DNA of 15,303 nt from Candidatus Hodarchaeota archaeon. Lineage in GTDB: Archaea > Asgardarchaeota > Heimdallarchaeia > Hodarchaeales > Hodarchaeaceae. The stretch covers positions 1 to 15,303 of the forward strand of contig JAEOTC010000057.1 of the NCBI GenBank assembly GCA_016840035.1, given 5' to 3'. Below, piece after piece: positions 14,641 through 15,303 of this stretch. The translations under genes were made by a program, and so were the position numbers. The notes below the pieces were generated by a model. It was not told the origin of the DNA and did not search any database. It saw only the letters and a list, made by a program, of their open reading frames with translations. How positions within the stretch are numbered: position 1 is the first letter of the stretch; the number at the start of each line of letters is the position of its first letter.

Positions 14641-15303
14641 TTATACTGATAAAAACTCCTCCTGAAGATTTTTTAAGAAAATTCTATTAAGTAGAATAAC
14701 TGCTGTACCAAGTGAGACAATAATTCCAAGTAATAGAAGATAAGGAAAGAGAAATTTAAATGATTTAATGATTTCCATTAAGAATGTCTCTCTGATGCCA
14801 AATGCAAGAATCAGAGGATCAGTGGAAAGAGTTAATTGAACCTCCAAATATCGGAAATCATCATCTGAAGAGATTATCTCCAATTCATCCCAAGATTGTT
14901 GATCTGGATTCCAAACAAAAAGAGAAAGCGAGTCAGAATCAAAACTTTCATTGAAGTCACTTTCATCATAATAGAATCTGAGAGAATACTCCGCTGGTTC
15001 CTGATTAACACTCGAAAGCTGGTAAAATTTTCCCGCCCCTATTTGATCTGGGAAGAACTGAGATGAATCAGTTGAAAAATCAAGATTAACATAAGAATCG
15101 TGAATAACTGAATCGGGAGAGATCACAATGTCTGCTTGTGGACAATAGAGAGGGTTGACAGAAAGAGGAATTTCGGAGAGAGAAAATAGAGGATCTTGGA
15201 CAGTTGGAAAATTAAATGTAAATTTCCCAATAATATTCATTTTAACCAATGATGAAATAGAAGTAGCCCTTATGTAGGGTTTATATCCCTCACTCAGTAA
15301 TAA
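14641..15303 (-). CDS. Acidic surface protein with C-terminal TM helix, 5'-partial
   Basis: The frame stays open from 15249 to the window edge (LLLSEGYKPYIRATSISS), so the start is outside. LRFYYDES..SLSLFVWN....WDEL beta-rich segment, then a TM helix LFPYLLLLGIIVSLGTAVILL. Confidence 0.65.
   Translation of the reverse strand, partial: LLLSEGYKPYIRATSISSLVKMNIIGKFTFNFPTVQDPLFSLSEIPLSVNPLYCPQADIVISPDSVIHDSYVNLDFSTDSSQFFPDQIGAGKFYQLSSVNQEPAEYSLRFYYDESDFNESFDSDSLSLFVWNPDQQSWDELEIISSDDDFRYLEVQLTLSTDPLILAFGIRETFLMEIIKSFKFLFPYLLLLGIIVSLGTAVILLNRIFLKNLQEEFLSV

Overview
AT-rich archaeal genomic window. Asgard/Heimdallarchaeia-like affinity is inferred from protein style and CTERM-like surface proteins, not proven. 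The left half (1-7443) is a rearranged S10/spc ribosomal protein cluster: uL30-uL15, then a tRNA-Val(GAC) with a non-canonical D-loop intron, an isolated inverted uS19, then uL22-uS3-uL29-Rpp29-uS17-uL14-uL24-eS4-uL5-uS14. uS14 is absent from the ORF track and is followed by a Taw2-like tRNA-modification enzyme instead of uS8. The right half is accessory: a TPR + HEPN-like (RNxxxH) protein, a HEAT-repeat DNA alkylation repair protein, an aldo/keto reductase, and a cell-surface module. That module has two divergent paralogous ConA/LamG-like membrane-anchored proteins around an HTH/Cys-rich regulator with a palindrome-rich promoter, plus a DUF4097-like lipoprotein, and is bracketed by two near-identical 39-bp hairpin repeats (10338-10376, 14014-14052). 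A membrane-anchored wHTH regulator and a truncated surface protein end the window.
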